A stretch of 56,640 nt of DNA from a virus (lineage: Duplodnaviria > Caudoviricetes), in the IMG/VR virus record IMGVR_UViG_3300002460_000037, positions 1 through 56,640 of that record, one strand, 5' to 3'. Made by a program: the position numbers and the translations under genes. Shown piece after piece: positions 18,224 to 29,500 of the stretch. Positions within the stretch are counted from its first letter, which is position 1. Each line of letters starts with the position of its first letter. Below the pieces are notes generated by a model. The model was given only the letters and a program-made list of their open reading frames with translations, searched no databases and was not told the origin of the DNA.

Positions 18224-21039
18224 TGTCGGAACCCAGTAGTTGGCCATTCTCGAATTACAACGTGTTTGGCATCGTGAACGGTATCTCCGATGCCCGGGTC
18301 AGGGAAGTCTTGAACCGTACGTTCGCTGGCCGGGCTGTCAAATTGGCCAGCACGCTTTACGTGTACGGCGGGAACGCCAACAGCGCGGCATACACATGGC
18401 TCTTGGCCGAGACGGGTACTCTGAACACGCAGACGGCCCTGATTATCAACACGGTCACTGAGACGGGCTTTGGGTTGATTGTTGGTGGTACGGGAGTGAT
18501 CGAGGTAGGAGCCAGTGCCACTACCACCGATTTTGAGGCGATCATGGAATGTGTGTCGACGACGTTGGCACACGTTTCGTGCTACCGGGACAACACGAAG
18601 ACGTTGATTGGGTCCAGGATTGACACGGCGGGTGCTTTCACGAGCTACGTGAATCCGTCTGGCGTTGCCACTCCAGCGGCGGACAGGGTGGCTGTTGGCG
18701 GGTACGAGCAGACTGGCGTCGATACGCTGGTAGCCGTGTTTGACGACGGCACGACGCGTACGCTGGCGAGGAAGGATGTGACGATCAGTGGCCCGTGGAC
18801 GACAGGGTCAGTGCTGTTTGCTGGAACGTTAGGGTTTGCAACAGAGGATGCGAGCAACTTCTTCTGGGATGACACGTTGAATGAGTTGGTTGTCGGTGGT
18901 GTATCTGGACTAGCCAAAGGCACTTTTTATCCAACCGCCGCTGAAAAAGGAATCGTAGTCAAAGGAGCCACCAGCCAATCCGCCAACCTCTTTGAGTCGC
19001 AGATTAGCACAGGCGCAATCAGAGCTAGGATTAACAACGTCGGGTCGTTCAGTTCAGATCAGGGCTTAACACGGTGCGAGTTTTTTGGGCAAGATGCCGG
19101 AATTGGGGCAAGCAATATAGGAGTCGACAACACAGGATTAGGGTATGGAACTCTCACCGCTAACACATCGGGCAATCAGAATGTGGCAGTTGGTGCGTTC
19201 GCTCTCATCGCTAACACATCGGGCAATCAGAATGTGGCAGTTGGTGTGTTCGCTCTCACCGCTAACACATCTGGCAGTAAGAATATGGCAGTTGGTTCCG
19301 AGGCTCTCATAGCCAACACCATTGGCAATTCAAACATGGCTTTGGGAACGGAGACTCTCCGCGCCAACACCACTGGCAGTGACAACGCAGCTGCGGGGAC
19401 TAACGCTCTCCGCGCCAATACCACAGGAAGCCAAAACATCGCTATTGGGTCGGAAGCTCTTACCGTCAAAACTACTGGCGATAATAACATAGCAGTGGGG
19501 TATCGGTCTCTCTACACCAACATCACTGGCGCTAACAACCTAGCCGTGGGGCATCAAGCTCTCTTTGGAAACAAGGCTAATGATAACCTGGCCGTGGGGT
19601 ACCAAGCTCTCTTATCAAACAACACGGGCAGTAGCAACCTGGCCGTGGGGTATAGGGCTGGCTACGGCGATGGGACAGTCGATCAGCAAACTTCTGTCGA
19701 TACGTATGCCACATTTATTGGCTACAAAGCTTCACGCGACGCATCAATCCCTAATACAACAGTCCTAACGAACATCACCGCAATCGGGAAGAACGCCAAA
19801 GTTGGACAGGACAATTCGATTGTTCTTGGTGGCACGGGAGCGGACGCGGTAAAGGTAGGCATCGGAGATGTCTCACCCGATGCGCAACTAGACATTCAAA
19901 TTGCCGCTGCGACAAACATTGGATTCATCGTCCAAGCCGCCGCCTCCCAAACCGCTAACATCCTGGAACTTCAAGAATCAGATGGCTCTATCTTTGTAGC
20001 CTCTGGTGACGGTTTAGGTGGCTCTGAGTTCGTAATCAACGAACAAGGAGAGGATATTGATTTTCGCATTGAAGGAGTGGGAGCCGCAAACGCCTTCTTC
20101 GTGCAAGGAAGCGACGGCAACGTTGGCTTCGGGATGACTTTACCCAATCAGAAACTCACCATCGAAGGCACCCTATCCCTTAAGGAACAAGCCGCAGCCA
20201 ACGCTGACACCGCTGCCTATGGGCAGATTTGGGTCAAGACAGCCACGCCTAATCAACTCTGGTTTACGGATGACGCTGGAACTGATGTACAGCTCGGAGT
20301 CTCCAGTATTACCGGAACGGACACGCATGTCCTATTCTTCGACGGAGCTAATAATCCTGCAGGCGAAGCGGGAATGACCTACAACAAGACAACCGACAAG
20401 CTCACCCTCGCGGGAAGGCTTGGCTTGACCGCCGCAGCAGGCTCAACAACAGACGGGGATACGTGGAATGATTCCACGCAGAAGGGAATACAGGTCTACG
20501 AAGCGGGAATCGAGCAGACGCTTCTGGGGGTCATTTTTTCAGCCACCGCTGATGCCACCGCTGATGCCGCTACGGAAGAAACGCTCATCGGCACAGGGGT
20601 AGGGACAACCACGCTTCCCGCCAATTTCTTCGCCGTGGGCAAGACTGTTCGCATCAAAGCTTACGGGCATCTCACTTCTTCCATAATGAACGGTCCATTT
20701 GAAGTAAAGCTCAAGTTGGGAGCGACGGAGATAGCGACGATTGGTTCCATGACACCACCCTCTGCGGCATCTTCGGCGGGCTGGGAACTGGAGGCCGTTA
20801 TCACTTGCCGGACGACAGGGGCGACAGGAACCGTGTTTGTTCAAGGCCGGATGCTCGTCCATGACAATGGCGGGTCGTCATTCCTGCCGTTTTGCTTTTG
20901 GCTGACCAATGCGGCTACTGACACCATAGACACGACAGCTTCGCTTGCTTTAGGGCTCGGCTCGACTTCCACCGATGACGGAATGGGGGCATTTACTTCG
21001 CTGACGTGCACCAATTTAATGTTGGAGGTTCTTAACTGA
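18223..21039 (+). CDS. Tail fibre or adhesin with 14-aa N.A.G..AL..NT.G repeats
   Basis: TGATG coupling gives ATG 18223; YadA-head-like repeats; VKVGIG/GNVGFG fibre motifs. Confidence 0.8.
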   Translation: MSEPSSWPFSNYNVFGIVNGISDARVREVLNRTFAGRAVKLASTLYVYGGNANSAAYTWLLAETGTLNTQTALIINTVTETGFGLIVGGTGVIEVGASATTTDFEAIMECVSTTLAHVSCYRDNTKTLIGSRIDTAGAFTSYVNPSGVATPAADRVAVGGYEQTGVDTLVAVFDDGTTRTLARKDVTISGPWTTGSVLFAGTLGFATEDASNFFWDDTLNELVVGGVSGLAKGTFYPTAAEKGIVVKGATSQSANLFESQISTGAIRARINNVGSFSSDQGLTRCEFFGQDAGIGASNIGVDNTGLGYGTLTANTSGNQNVAVGAFALIANTSGNQNVAVGVFALTANTSGSKNMAVGSEALIANTIGNSNMALGTETLRANTTGSDNAAAGTNALRANTTGSQNIAIGSEALTVKTTGDNNIAVGYRSLYTNITGANNLAVGHQALFGNKANDNLAVGYQALLSNNTGSSNLAVGYRAGYGDGTVDQQTSVDTYATFIGYKASRDASIPNTTVLTNITAIGKNAKVGQDNSIVLGGTGADAVKVGIGDVSPDAQLDIQIAAATNIGFIVQAAASQTANILELQESDGSIFVASGDGLGGSEFVINEQGEDIDFRIEGVGAANAFFVQGSDGNVGFGMTLPNQKLTIEGTLSLKEQAAANADTAAYGQIWVKTATPNQLWFTDDAGTDVQLGVSSITGTDTHVLFFDGANNPAGEAGMTYNKTTDKLTLAGRLGLTAAAGSTTDGDTWNDSTQKGIQVYEAGIEQTLLGVIFSATADATADAATEETLIGTGVGTTTLPANFFAVGKTVRIKAYGHLTSSIMNGPFEVKLKLGATEIATIGSMTPPSAASSAGWELEAVITCRTTGATGTVFVQGRMLVHDNGGSSFLPFCFWLTNAATDTIDTTASLALGLGSTSTDDGMGAFTSLTCTNLMLEVLN
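19151..19650 (+). repeat. 42-nt tandem coding repeat
   Basis: First units near-identical (CTCTCAcCGCTAACACATCGGGCAATCAGAATGTGGCAGTTGGTG), later units degenerate. Confidence 0.85.
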
Positions 21040-21062
21040 CATCCAGAGGGGGGAATTGAACG

Positions 21063-21422
21063 ATGGCGATAGAGTTGTCATTTACGGATTCATTCGGCGA
21101 ACAGTACGCTAAAGCCTACTGGAAGCCAGTTCAGATCAACATTTCAGAAGCCGACCAACGTGGGATGGTGGTGTTTTACGGTTATCCCGATGCGGCAAGG
21201 AAAGGGAAGCGACTGATCGGGCAAAGGAAATACAACTTGGATGCCGAGACGATCAGTCGGTTTTTGAAAGTCACTCCGGTTGACGCGACAACGGTGCGAA
21301 ACGCGATGCTGAGCATGGCGTACGTCCTGGCCAAGCAGACAAAGGACGTGGACACCGGAACCGTTGATGTGGATAATAATCCGATCATGGCTTCGTTTTT
21401 CGACAAAGGTCTGGACGTTTAA
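21063..21422 (+). CDS. Putative tail fibre chaperone
   Basis: Follows the fibre; MAIELSFTDSFG..AYW..AY..AK..FF..GLDV pattern. Confidence 0.65.
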   Translation: MAIELSFTDSFGEQYAKAYWKPVQINISEADQRGMVVFYGYPDAARKGKRLIGQRKYNLDAETISRFLKVTPVDATTVRNAMLSMAYVLAKQTKDVDTGTVDVDNNPIMASFFDKGLDV

Positions 21423-21434
21423 GGGGGTGCCGCG

Positions 21435-22250
21435 ATGTCGCTATTTGGTAACGTTTTGAGTAAGTATCTTCTGAAGCCAACTTCCAAGGTGGCCGACAAA
21501 GCGCTTGACATTGCGATGCCGTCGATTCAGCGTGATAAGGAAATCAGGGCCCTAGTTCCGCAGATGCAGTCCGCCGCCGAGGAGTCAAAAAAGGCCAACG
21601 AGGAGCGATACAACCAGCTTTTGACCGGCTACGCCCAGCGGACCAGCGATGTCGACCAAATGAATCGAGACGTGGCTGCCGGCTACGGAGCCCGGGAGGC
21701 CGACGTTGGCCAAATGTATCGTGACGTGGCGGGCGGGTACGGAGCCCGCGAATCGGATCTGACAAGATTGCTCGACAACTTGGGTGCCCAATCGAGAGCT
21801 GACATCGGCAATCAATACTCCGCCCAGCGAGCGGCTGCCGAGCAGGACCTTGCTTCCAGGGGATTAGGAAACACCACGGTCAGGTCGAGCGTCTTGTCCG
21901 GCCTTGGTGAAAGGGAGTCGGCGGAGAAGCGGCGTTTTGATGAAGCGATGCGGCAGCAGCAGTTTGGCTATCGCCGGGATTTGAGCGGTGACACGCTTGC
22001 CGCTCAGGCGGCGGCGGCGCAGGGATATGGCAATCTTTCCGCTGACAGGCTCAATGCCCAAGCGAATCGAGCTTCATCATACGCGGGACTGACGCAAGAT
22101 CCGTTCCGGGTCATTGAGAATCGGACGGACATTGGCCCAGGCTTGAACGACATTGCCACGCTAACTCAATCTCTTGGCCAGGATGGATTGATGAAATTGA
22201 TCGCCCAGATCGCTGCCGGGTACGCGACTGGTCGCGGAATCGCGGGGTAA
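21435..22250 (+). CDS. Internal virion (DNA ejection) protein
   Basis: A/Q/G-rich helical protein with QDLASRGLGNTT motif and an 18-aa internal tandem repeat. Confidence 0.7.
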   Translation: MSLFGNVLSKYLLKPTSKVADKALDIAMPSIQRDKEIRALVPQMQSAAEESKKANEERYNQLLTGYAQRTSDVDQMNRDVAAGYGAREADVGQMYRDVAGGYGARESDLTRLLDNLGAQSRADIGNQYSAQRAAAEQDLASRGLGNTTVRSSVLSGLGERESAEKRRFDEAMRQQQFGYRRDLSGDTLAAQAAAAQGYGNLSADRLNAQANRASSYAGLTQDPFRVIENRTDIGPGLNDIATLTQSLGQDGLMKLIAQIAAGYATGRGIAG

Positions 22251-22257
22251 CGCAACA

Positions 22258-23580
22258 ATGCCAATCACTGTTCAACATGGGACGTCCTTGCTCGGCGGTT
22301 ACGGGCGAGCGATGGGTCGGAATGCGCGAGTCAAGAGCCAGACGGAAGCATTGGATGAGTTTGGCAGGATCCTGTCGCAAGGGATGCAGAGGGGTCAGGA
22401 ACTTGAGCGGCAGAAGGAATTCGCCGGATTTCAGGACAAGCTTTTTGGAGAACGCGAGTTAGCGAGGGACGAAAGGCAATCCGGGTACGCCGCTGAGGAA
22501 AACAGGATGCGTTACCTCCGCAATCAGGACGCCATGTTTAACAAACAGTTGGATCAAATCCATCAAATGTCATCCAGGTTCGATCAGCCTGGACAAGAGG
22601 AGTATTCGGGAACCATCGGAAACCTAAGTGCATTGGACAAGGAATACGCACGAGGAAAGATCCCGGAGTCGGAGTATCTCCAGGCGAGGATGGAAGTCGC
22701 TAGGCCACTCATTAATAAAAACTGGGGCAAGCATCTCAAGAACCAGCCAGGAGACTTTGTAACCGAAGGGCTTGATCGGTATCAGGTCCAGCCTGACCTC
22801 ACACTGAAGCGAGTGGGATTGGACCCGAACGCCACTCCGGAAGCTCTTCAGGCGTATGTAGGGTCGCGATCTGGCACAACTCCTGAAGGCATTCCGTACT
22901 TCGTCAAGCCGGATGGCGAGATCAAGTTTGGGAAGGCCGAGTCAACCCAGACGCCAGGTCCCAAGGACCGCTTGCAATACCGCGAAGCCGCCAGGGATCT
23001 ATTGCGGGAGCAGGGCGATTACAACGAAACGCAAGTGGAAGAGTTGGCTCGAAAATGGATGGCCGTTGACTTTGGCTTGCCAATGCCGCAATTGCCACCG
23101 TCGATTTCGCAATCAGGCGGTGCCCAACGCAGCAAAGGTGAGGCGTTCTCCAATTGGATCCGCGCCGCCCAGGAGCTGGCCATATCGCAGGGAAACATGC
23201 CTGCGGCGCTACGGATCGCACAGCTGGATCAAGATCCAGATAGTGTCATGGAGGCCCAGAAGCTTCCCGCCGATGTCCAGCAGCTCTTGATTGATGCACA
23301 CAAGGCTCAGAAATCCGCTCCCCAGTCGCAAGGTCAACAGCGGAGTTTCATGCAGCAGCCGCAAGGCCAAGACGTCCAATCCGCTAGACAGGCTGCTTAC
23401 TCCAACGCACAGAAAAGCGGATTCAGCCGAGAGGATGTGGACCGGGCGGTGAACACGCTGGCGAGGATGAAGCAGTACAAAGGTTTTGATCCCGCTAAGA
23501 TAACGGATCCACGAATCAAAGCAGCCTGGGACAGAATACAAAAGATTGCTGACGCCGCCCTTGGACGAGGGTCGCAATAA
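22258..23580 (+). CDS. Internal virion (DNA ejection) protein
   Basis: MPITVQH N-terminus, Q-rich, between an ejection protein and the giant gene. Confidence 0.65.
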   Translation: MPITVQHGTSLLGGYGRAMGRNARVKSQTEALDEFGRILSQGMQRGQELERQKEFAGFQDKLFGERELARDERQSGYAAEENRMRYLRNQDAMFNKQLDQIHQMSSRFDQPGQEEYSGTIGNLSALDKEYARGKIPESEYLQARMEVARPLINKNWGKHLKNQPGDFVTEGLDRYQVQPDLTLKRVGLDPNATPEALQAYVGSRSGTTPEGIPYFVKPDGEIKFGKAESTQTPGPKDRLQYREAARDLLREQGDYNETQVEELARKWMAVDFGLPMPQLPPSISQSGGAQRSKGEAFSNWIRAAQELAISQGNMPAALRIAQLDQDPDSVMEAQKLPADVQQLLIDAHKAQKSAPQSQGQQRSFMQQPQGQDVQSARQAAYSNAQKSGFSREDVDRAVNTLARMKQYKGFDPAKITDPRIKAAWDRIQKIADAALGRGSQ

Positions 23581-23590
23581 AGAGAACATC

Positions 23591-26500
23591 ATGCCTAACG
23601 CCTGGGAACTCCTAGACCTATTCCAGGGGGGCCAGGCTTCTGGCCTTCCTCAAAGCAATGTCGTCACTCCGAGCCCGCAAGGCGGCTCTCCTTGGGAACT
23701 CCTAGACCTATTCCAAGGGGGACAGGCCCCTCCCAGCGAGCCCGAGCAACCGGACCTTGGTCCCATCGAGGGCGTCCGCCGCGGTCTAGTTCGAGGCGGA
23801 CAGGGTATTGTCGGTGGCATAGGCGGATTGATCGAGGGGTATCAAGACACAGCGAATGCGTTTGATATTTGGCTGGCAAATAAGCTTGGCGTTCAGGCGG
23901 ATCCGGCGGTTCAAGCTGTCATCAACGACCGCAGGCAGCTTGCCGAAGATAGTCGCGAGTTTCAACGCGGAATACGAAGGCGAGCCGAAGATCCAACCGA
24001 TCTTGGAAAATCGACTTCAGCGGGTGGTTTCAATCCCGCCTCTTGGCGATGGTGGACGGAGAATGTCTCCGAAGCCGTTCCTCAGTTGCTGGGTCAAACA
24101 GCGGTAGCGGCTGCTACTGGCGGTGGCAGCCTTCCCGCGCAAATAGGGACGTTCGCCGCCACGGGTGGTGCTTTGGAAGCCGGAGGGACTTACAGTGCGG
24201 CCAGGGAACGCATGGAGGGAAAAGGCATTCCCCAAGATGAAGCCATGCGGAGGGCACTAGCGGAAGCTGGGACGTCCGGGGCGATCAACGCCGCCATTGA
24301 AGTTGGCCCCGGTTGGGCTGTTGGAAAACTGCTTGGCAAGAGCGCTCTGTCCCCAGCAAAGCGTCTAGCGGGCCGTGAGATCGCCAAACGCTGGTTGGCC
24401 GTCACAGCCGGAGAGGGCGGCGAAGAGGCCACACAGCAAGTCGTGAGCGACACGGCGCAGTGGCTGGCCGAGAATGACCCGGAAGCGAAGCCAACTTTTG
24501 ACAAGTGGCGGGAGTATGCTGGTGCCGGTTTGATTGGAGCGGCTGCCGGTGCTGGCTTGGGTGGCGTTTCGACGGTTGGCGACATTGCCGAGGCATTTAC
24601 TTCGCCGGCACAGCCCTTAAAGGTGCCAATTCCAGATGCTGGTGGAACGCCTCCGGCTGGAGCCGCACCGACACCGCCACAACCTGGAGTTCAGCCAGGG
24701 GAACCACCCGCGGGAGCCGCACGCACACCGGAACAGATCCAGCGAGCCTTGGCCGAGGACTTCTACGGATCGCCGGAAATCACGGCTACTGCTTGGGCGG
24801 ACAAGAACCCCGAATTGGCTGCGAAGCTTGTTGCTGGTCGTCGATACTCTTCACGAGTCTTTGAGGAGGTCGGATTGCCGAAGATGTCCGCCAGGGAGGG
24901 TGATACCGAGAAACGCAGGCAGTGGTTACGAGCCGTTGAAACCCATCTATCGAAAGGAGCGACAGTTGAAACAGAAGCCGAAGAGACGCCTCCGAAAAAG
25001 GAAGTTCCTTCTCCTGACATCACTGGGGTTGCTGCCAAACCCGGTGCTGTGGTGCCCTCCGCTCCAGCCGCGGAAGCTGGCTTGGCCATACCCCAGGTCG
25101 ATCAGCAAGCCGAGCCGGTGGCCGTAGAGCCGCCAAAGCTGAAAGGTATCAAAAAGAAGCCAGCCGAAGCGGCATCGCCAAAGAAGAAGGGAATCAGGAA
25201 GCTAGAAAGCCAAACGATAGGAAAGAATGCGGCAGGGCAAGATGTCTTTGAGGACGCCAATGGCATTCGTTCGACGATCGAGAACGGTATTCGTTCGACC
25301 GAACCTGTCCAGATCATCCCAACGCAGCAGGGAGTTCAATACGCTCCTCGATCTCCGCGTGATACCCAGTTTGAAGTGGCTGCCACCGTGTCGCAGGCTC
25401 CGCCTCTTGGACCGCTTGTCATTAAGCCGATCTTTGGCGGACCAGAAACCAAACTCGAAACCAAGAAGCCAAGCATTGAAGTCATTGAGTCGCCAGGCGC
25501 GGCAGCGGATAGATTCCCTGAAGGAACTCCGGTCGAATACGACTGGCGCGGAAAGCGTGTTCAAGGAGTCAGTAAAGGGCGCCGCGGCGACTTCCTTGTC
25601 GTGTCAACTGATAAAGCTCATATCAATCACGAGATTGATGCTTCTCGTGGAAACGTGCTTGCTGTTGAGGAACCAGTCGATGTACCTCCGCCGACCAAAG
25701 AGCAACCGCAACTTCCACCATCTGGGGTGGAGACGCCTCCGGGTGTTGGTCCGAGTGATAGTGGCGATGTCGTACCTCCAGTTCAAAAGCCTGGAGTAGA
25801 GCAACGAGATTACGGTACGGTTGAAAAACCAAGTCGAGTAGCGCTTGGGGATCACTTTGGCGAACGGCTGACAAGTGGGGCGAAGTACGGAACGATTCTG
25901 GAAGCCAGATCGGAAGCTGGGGAAAAGCTTGGCGGCAAGGTAACGCCTGGAACGCCAACTGCCAAAGAGGTCGACGAGGCTGTCGAGCTTGGTGTCGTCA
26001 AGGCCGCAAAGGCTGTGGTAGCCGAAGGTGATGACGAATCAGATACGTACGATCGGATGGTCGACCTGTACGAGCGGCAGCCGAATCTTTCCACTCGCAC
26101 TTCGACGAGTATTTCCCAGCAAGCGTACAGCACGCCAGCTCCGTTGGCTTATCTCGCTTCACGCTTGGCGAATGTCACTTCGGACAAATCGGTTTACGAT
26201 GCGACTGCCGGCAACGGAATGCTGCTGGTGGCAGCCGATCCGAGCAAAGCGGTGGCCAATGAATTGAACGCCTCTCGCGCCGAGTCCCTGAAGTCGCAGG
26301 GGATTGCCACAACGACCAACGACGCGACAGATTATCGGCCATCGCAAGAGATTGATTCGATCATCCTCAATCCGCCGTTCGGAACCGTTAGAGACGAGAG
26401 CAATCAGACCAAGACATGGACGATTGAAGGGGTCCAAACCAGAGAAGTGGATCACGCCATCGTCATGAATTCCCTGTCGGCGATGGCGGACGACGGATCG

Positions 26501-29500
26501 GCTGTCTTGATCTTGGGAGCCAAGGGTAGTCGGACATCGGAGCCGATTGAACACGCGAAAGCGTACAGTGCGTCTGGCGTGAAGCCTTTCTACGATTGGC
26601 TGTACGACAACTATGGCGTAACGGACCACTTCACCGTATCCGGTGATCTGTATTCTCGGCAGGGCGCGTCATTCCCAGTGGATGTGATCGTTATCAAGGG
26701 GCGCAGTGCGGCGTCCAGGGTCAAGCCTTGGAATATGAAGCAAGGCGGGATTCCTATCCAGTACAATTCATGGCAGGAGTTGAAAGATGCGAAGCTTCCG
26801 CAAAAACGACCAGCAACTAGCGTGGAGCCCGGGACCGTCGAGCCTGGCGGTGCCGCTGCACCCACAGGACAAGACGTTGACGTGGGAACAGTACCTAGAC
26901 CGCCTGCGGGAGAGGGTGGAGTCGATGTTGAAGGACGACCAGGACGGGCAGCAGGCATTCAGCCTGCTGTGGGAGGAACGGTGGGGCCGGTATCCGGACG
27001 ACCTGCCGCGGCACCTGGTGAGCGCGGAGTTCGAGGCGCTGCTGAACAGCCACGGGGTGCGCAGGAAAATGTTCCCGATCCGGGTGTCAAGCCAGAGGGA
27101 GGCGGTCGAGTCGATACAGGAACTGGCGAACGTGGAGGATTGGGGGACGCAGCTCCTGCCCTCGAGGGAGTGAAGAAAAAGCTTTCCGATCTGAGTGACG
27201 AGGAGTTGGAAGCCGCGATAACCGAAGGCATTTCTGAAACACCCGCCGAAGCCGAACAAACAAAGAAGGGGATCAAAAAGAAGCCAGCCGAGGAAGCGGC
27301 AGAGCCGAAGAAGAAGGGGATCAAATCCAAAGAGTCCATTCTTTCCGAGGAGACAAAAGCCGCTAGTAAGGATCTGGACGACGCGGCGAAGGCGTTCGCC
27401 GACAAGTACAAGGGCAAGCTATTCACTAACCCGCTCGCCGACCCAGAACTCATTAGGGACGTTGCCAAGTTGACTAGAATGGCATTGCGGGCCGGTTATC
27501 TGACGTTTCGCGATTACACGCGGTACATGGCGGACGCCATTGGAGCGGACCTTACCCGTCGCATTGGACCGGCGATGCAGCGGTCGTGGGATAGCCTGCG
27601 TGCAAAGCTTGACACGGAAATGGATGTGTCATCGAGCGTGGACCAGATTCTTCAGGAGGAGGATTCTGGAGAAACTGAATTCCAGACGACGTACACTCCG
27701 CGATCTGGAAGCGGGAAGATCGGCACTCTCGTACCAGCCAATCTTGCTACTGCGATTCGCAAATCGCTCGATTCACTGGAAAGTGAATACGGAGACCTCG
27801 ACGCCTTTGTTGGCAAAGAGTTGGGGATGACTCCGACGCAGCTCAACAATGCGTTCGCGGCCGAGCAGGTTGACGCCTTAGCATTGGCGATTGGCAATCA
27901 CAAGCGAGGAGCGGCGTTTGTGCTTGGCTGCCAAACCGGTGTTGGCAAGGGTAGGGTCGTCGCTGGGATGATTCGGTACGCCAAGATCAATGGAATGGTG
28001 CCCTTGTTCATCACGGAGAAGCCGGACTTGTTTGGGGACATGGTCCGCGACCTGACTGACATTGGCATGAACGAGCCGCCGTTTGAGATCCTGGTGACGG
28101 GAGACTACACAGGCAAAAACGTTGTGCAACTCCCCGATGGACGGCAGATCAAATCAAGCTCGGACGTGAATCGTGAGAGAGTCTTGGATGCCGTCAGCAA
28201 CTGGGAGGCAACTGGAGAGTTGAAGTCCGGTGATACGGTCTATGACGCCATCTTCACGCAGTATTCGCAGATTCAGCCAATATCCAAAAAAGGCGTGAGC
28301 CTCGAACCGTGGCGTTACGATGTCATTCTCCGGATCGCCCCACGAACGTTCGTTATTTTCGACGAGAGTCACAACGCCGGTGGGTCTGGATCGAAGCGAA
28401 AAACGAAAAAGGAACGCGAGGGTCCGCCGAACAGAGCGAAGTTCCTGCGGTCGGTCATGTCCCAGTTTCAGGGAGTTCTGTACTCTTCGGCGACGTTCGC
28501 CAAGCGGCCTGATGTGATGGACTTGTATTCGCGGACGGACATGGCGAAAGCGGTAAAGAATCTTGAACACTTGCCAGTCGCGATCGAGGAAGGTGGCGTG
28601 CCACTTCAGCAAGTCGTGTCGGAAATGCTGGCTGAATCAGGCCAGTACGTTCGTCGCGAGAAGTCTTTCCAGGGGATAAAGTTTGAGCCTGCGGAGGTGA
28701 ATGTTGATTTGAAAACAGCCGACAATGTGTCGGAAGTATTTCGGTCAATCAACCAATTCGATGTTGCTAAAAAGGATGCTGTCACTGCTATTGACGAAGA
28801 AGTAGTATCGTCAGGAAAGAGATTGGCTGGTGAGAGTGCGACTGGCGACAAAGGCGTGACGAGCACAAACTTTTCGTCCATCTTGTGGAACCTTACTGAC
28901 CAGATGTTGCTTTCGCTAAAAGCCGATCAGACGGCGCAAGCGGCAATCAACGCCATAAAGGCTGGTCAATCTCCGGTCATCGTAGTCGACAACACGATGG
29001 AGTCCGCACTTAATCGGTACGTGGATGCTGGTGGACTGAAGTTTGGCGATCCGATTGATTTCAACTATCGCGACCTATTACTTCATTACCTGGAGCGCAG
29101 TCGGGAAGTCACAATCAAGCACGGGGCTGGCATCCCACCGGAAAGGCACTATCTGACTGACGAGGAACTTGGTCCTGAAGCTGTCGCGAAGTACGAAGCC
29201 TCCAAGAAGCTTATTGGCGAGATCCAGATCAACGCCCCGGTATCTCCGATTGACTGGATCAGGAAGAAGATCAAAGAAGCCGGATACTCCGTGGCGGAAG
29301 TCACTGGCCGTGAAACATTGATTGATTACCGCGACGACGGCAGCATGTTTCTGACGCAGCGGGCTGCCACGGAATCAGGATCGAGAGGCAAGACACGGTC
29401 AATAAAGGCGTTCAATGACGGCAGTGTCGACGTGTTGATCTTGAACCGATCCGGCTCGACTGGGTTGAGCATCCACGCCAGCCAAAAAGTGAAAAACAAA

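Noticed and set aside
19151-21039. Diversity-generating retroelement targeting the fibre
   Set aside because: No reverse transcriptase and no adenine-variable TR/VR pair seen
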